Shown here: one piece after another, positions 51,481-54,319 of the stretch
How the letters are laid out: each line of letters opens with the position of its first letter
How positions within the stretch are numbered: the stretch's first letter is position 1
Assembly: GCF_001194135.2 (NCBI RefSeq)
Contig: NC_068982.1
Location: forward strand, 112,774,684-112,829,002
From: Octopus bimaculoides
Lineage: Eukaryota
DNA: 54,319 nucleotides
Reading direction: 5' to 3'
Program-made: the position numbers and the translations under genes
Notes under the pieces: model-generated
What the model was told of the DNA's origin: nothing
Databases searched by the model: none
Seen by the model: only the letters and a program-made list of their open reading frames with translations

Positions 51481-53965
51481 GGAATAATATAAAGGGTTAT
51501 GATTACGGGTACTAATGAAAAGATTTTGACTTTTATTTCACTGCCATATAAAATTCTACCTTCAAGCAGGTTGGAAAATGGTTTAACTGTCGATCACATC
51601 GACAGCACAAAACATGAGACTTGAATTCTGTCATGGTGTCTTTTATTCTATCTCAGAATAAATAGCATTTTTAATTTAGTCACAACATCAAATGTTTGAG
51701 GGTAAACAAATAGGTTAGATCGGAATCAGTAATTAATTGGTTCTTGATTTATCAAAATTAGGACGATGAAATAAATATAAAGTTTTTTTTAATAGAAAAT
51801 GATTTCTAAGCCGGGAATCGTCTACACTCCGGGAGAAAGAGAGCCGTCAATTACATACATTTTAATACTTAACGGGAACTTGATTTATCAATCCCTGAAA
51901 TTATATTAGACATAATGGAATCGGCACTTGTTCTCACTTATCAACCCTTTATGAATGAAAGGTATAGTTGTATGTGACATTATTTGACCTTGGGACGTTT
52001 GACAGGGATAATAGAATATGTTGTTGAGTGATACACCAATTTTGCAATTCGCTACTCTTTTATGAGATTAAATAATATAAACCATCAACCCCGAATACAT
52101 TCACTAATAAGAATCATATCAAAATTGTCTCGAACAGCAGATTAAGAAAACACACTTCTAGCCGATTATCAATTACACATTGACAACATACGATTAAGGC
52201 TATCATTCTGTTTCCTTCAGGCGATGCTACAACCGTTACATATATAGGCATCCGACCTAAAGAATAGTTTTGACAGAAAATACTTTAATTCTCAACATCT
52301 GAACATTTCAAAACGCTCAAATAAAACCCCAAATGAGATACTGCTGTTACATATTGGACAGTACTGCTTCTACACTAACAAATATAGTAAACTATATCAC
52401 TCATCTAACTGGAATGGAGTTGCTCAGCAAAACACTCCATTCTCTCGCCCACAGACCTATGCTCTCATCACTCTGCCTTCCCTGTATCTACTTCAATTCC
52501 ATTCCTACTTGTGTTTAATTTCCTGCAGTGATCACCAAACATAAATTGAATCTACTTCGTCAGTCTGAGAAGCCTGAGAATGTCATTGGAACTGCCTTAT
52601 TTTCTAGTCCAAAGCCAACAAAAATGCATTCAGAAACTAAATATCAGACGAAAATAAATGGCATGAAAAGAGAGTAGAGTTAAATAACTGATGAAGCCTC
52701 AGATCTAAATATATTACTTTTGTAGACACGTGATTTAAGTGAATATATCGTCTACATAGTTGCTTACATCGACCCTGTGAAGGTTTTAATTATCACTCAC
52801 AAAATTCAGGTTTCATACACCGTCAATTTGACGTGTATATGCGACAATGATAATTTTTATTCTCTCAAAATCGAAGATATATTCGAGAAAAATGCATGGA
52901 TTCGAAGTTATAAGAGCAAGTCTAATGAAATCTGTGTACTTAGACATTGAAGTGTATTCATACTATGACTGTATGTGATTGAGGACGTTAAAATTGAGAA
53001 GTCATTATGCAATGTCATATGTATGTGTAAGATATACTGTTGCAGATATAAAGAAGTTATGGGTAAACTATATCGTACGTTTCTATTATATTATCATGCC
53101 GAGAGCAGCAAATATAACATTATGCATGAAGTAAAATAACTAAAGGTTGGCATTATTTACCTCACACAAACTGGTGAAGTGTATAGAGTAAACATTTTGA
53201 CATTTCGTGATCAGTGGTATATATAACAATGGTGGACAGGGTTATTTCTCTTTAATTTAATTAACTGTTTGTCACAATCTAATAATCTAATGCGGTTTCC
53301 CAATAGGTAACCGATATCTAAACGAACTGATATCCCAGCTGAATGGACTAACACAAATATCCCACTGATAAATGAACTAACATTTATTTTCTATAGGTTA
53401 GACTTACTGATAACTAGTTCTCAGAGTTAAAGAAATAGCTCGGTGAACCGATGACCATATTTCACTGGTATATCTACTGATGCACAATTCTTATAGCAAT
53501 ACCGATTTTCTTCTGTTAATTTAATTAATGATTAGATACATATTTCGAATCATTACGTAAATTATATCCCCACACATAGTTGATTCATTTCTAAAAGCTT
53601 GATGATGTAAATTGACACCTATTTTCTATAAAGCTTGGTCAAATGGAATTATTCCTCTGCATATACCTGCAGTTTATTTTATAACACAATCTCTATCTAG
53701 GTTGTTCCAGCATATATACACTTAGCTCCTTTCTACCTAATTTAAGCAAAGGACTGTTACACAATTTGTACTTTTGTGCGTTACAACACCCCAGTACCGT
53801 CTCTGTAAATTCATTTTATGTAATGTCATTAGGAAACCTCGAAATACCAAAATTCCGTACAATACCATATAATGATATTTGGTGTTCTGTGGATTGGATG
53901 TAATGAAATAAATTGAATGTAGAACTTCATTATCTAGTTTGGATTAAGGGTAGATAACACCTGAC

Positions 53966-54182
53966 ATTCTTTTCTGCTCTAGGCACAAGGCCCGAAATTT
54001 TTGGGGAGGGGGCCAGTCGATTAGATCGACCCCACTACGCAACTGGTATTTAATTTATCGACCCCGAAAGGATGAAAGGCAAAGTCGACCTCGGCGGAAT
54101 TTGAACTCAGAACGTAAAGACAGATGAAATACGGCTAAGCATTTCACCCTGCGTGCCAAAGTTTCTGCCAGCTAGCCGCCTT
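53966..54182 (-). mobile_element. tRNA-related SINE (fourth family) with a 15-bp target-site duplication
   Basis: Minus strand: AAGGCGGCTAGCTGGCAGAAAC..GAGTTCAAATTCCGCCGAGGTCGACTTTGCCTTTCATCC..GTCGATAAATTAAATACCAG. Flanks are ATAACACCTGACATT (53954-53968) and ATAACATCTGATATT (54183-54197). Confidence 0.9.
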
Positions 54183-54272
54183 ATAACATCTGATATTAGA
54201 TAAGACTACATTGTCGTTTGAGAGTGTACACCATTTTGTTTTAGTAAGATATATATAGTGCGCGTGTGTGTG

Positions 54273-54319
<47 letters not shown>

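Noticed and set aside
51587-51605. Perfect 8-bp hairpin CTGTCGAT-cac-ATCGACAG
   Set aside because: Several such hairpins are expected by chance in this length and nothing else supports it.

Overview
AT-rich, microsatellite-dense eukaryotic DNA with ten N-gaps. I found no recognisable host protein-coding exon, so this is probably intronic or intergenic. The SINE families (tRNA-headed CORE-type SINEs) and the repeat landscape suggest an octopus (cephalopod) genome; this is an inference from family recognition, not a database hit. Mobile elements seen: a full-length but decayed mariner with 28-bp TIRs (12566-13847), a decayed rosa-like Tc1/mariner (about 20430-21413), a hAT transposase pseudogene (35649-37140) plus a hAT-type terminus (34289), fragments of three distinct-looking Penelope-like elements (PLEs), an R4/Dong-like LINE fragment inside a (TAA)n tract, and many SINEs. 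The most interesting structure is the PLE at 48718-50273. Its terminal repeat joins a tRNA-derived Pol III head, a (TAA)n tract and a minimal type-I hammerhead ribozyme (HHR). A solo copy at 41845-42007 carries an inverted tail that begins at the predicted HHR cleavage site. A second repeat family carries an HHR-like motif with a non-canonical CUGUUGA core (40351-40388). A roughly 630-bp fold-back with alternative pairing partners lies at 16880-17512.
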